A stretch of 64,000 nucleotides of DNA, from positions 16,285-80,284 of the forward strand of contig JACPFV010000003.1 in NCBI GenBank assembly GCA_016182805.1, written 5' to 3'. How positions within the stretch are numbered: the stretch's first letter is position 1; every line of letters starts with the position of its first letter. This stretch comes from Gammaproteobacteria bacterium (lineage in GTDB: Bacteria > Pseudomonadota > Gammaproteobacteria > Nevskiales > Nevskiaceae). The position numbers and the translations under genes were made by a program. The notes below the pieces were generated by a model that saw only the letters and a list, made by a program, of their open reading frames with translations, was not told the DNA's origin and did no database searches. Shown piece after piece: positions 63,775 through 64,000 of the stretch.

Positions 63775-64000
63775 TTACTGCGTGCGTGACATGCGCTGGA
63801 GGTTCGACGGCGTGAAGATCTTGTCGTCGAAGCCGATCTCGAAATCGGAGATCGCGTCCTCGTTCGTCATCGTCGTCAGGAAGTAGCGCTTGGACTGCAG
63901 GTCGTAGATCACTTCCGGAATGCCGCTGATGGTCGGAATGAATGGCAGCGTGATCAGGTGCGCCTCCTGCATCTTCCAGAGCTGGTTGCGCGCGTCGTAG
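63775..64000 (-). CDS. DUF1329-family periplasmic protein (C-terminal part; the gene continues beyond the window)
   Basis: The frame is open to the window edge. The C-terminal sequence ..YDARNQLWKMQEAHLI..YDLQSKRYFLT.. resembles DUF1329 as I remember it. The context (propeller + RND) fits the known co-occurrence. Confidence 0.65.
   Translation of the reverse strand, partial: YDARNQLWKMQEAHLITLPFIPTISGIPEVIYDLQSKRYFLTTMTNEDAISDFEIGFDDKIFTPSNLQRMSRTQ

Overview
Very GC-rich proteobacterial chromosome segment, probably gammaproteobacterial: the flgA-flgM-flgN-ycgR/flgZ order resembles Pseudomonas. No rRNA, tRNA, CRISPR array, transposase or integrase was seen. Most long ORFs in the track are antisense or frame-fusion artefacts of the high GC content. 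I trimmed real genes using G/C-rich third codon positions, Shine-Dalgarno (SD) sites, ATGA/GTGA start-stop overlaps and family motifs.

Content by region:
1. 275-19022 (minus strand): one tightly packed 18-gene string. It encodes an HsaC-like extradiol dioxygenase, IpdAB-like CoA-transferase, a DUF35 protein plus thiolase-like protein, an NMO-type reductase, an enoyl-CoA hydratase, two pairs of acyl-CoA dehydrogenases (ACADs), thiolases, short-chain dehydrogenases (SDRs) and a MaoC hydratase. Together this looks like steroid C/D-ring and side-chain beta-oxidation. The string ends in a Ycf48-like beta-propeller gene fused by start-stop overlap to an MMPL/HpnN-type RND transporter.
2. 19153-32293: steroid A/B-ring genes. 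These include two KstD-like flavoproteins, HsaA, a FadD3-like ligase, SDRs (one carrying an in-frame amber codon), a methyltransferase, a TetR regulator, an NTF2-like protein and a membrane steroid-5-alpha-reductase-like protein.
3. 32430-38955: a GH5 lipoprotein with a second, enlarged RND paralogue, a membrane hypothetical protein and a PAS-GGDEF cyclase.
4. 39073-56771: flagellar cluster flgLKJIHGF / flgEDCB, cheV, a soluble MCP-like gene coupled to flgA, flgMN, and a YcgR-type PilZ brake with a degenerate (GGEKF) GGDEF protein. I found sigma54 and sigma28 promoter matches by eye. A 1.3-kb toxin-antitoxin island (intact vapBC plus a doubly frameshifted MazEF-like pair) sits between flgE and flgF.
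5. 56873-64000: an SRPBCC protein, then a minus-strand string of DUF1329 (partial), Ycf48-like propeller, a third RND paralogue, a frameshifted micro-ORF inside a 9-bp tandem repeat, a helical protein and a DUF445 protein.

The most promising candidate for an undescribed system is the thrice-repeated 'periplasmic partner + MMPL-type RND' module wrapped around the steroid catabolic genes.
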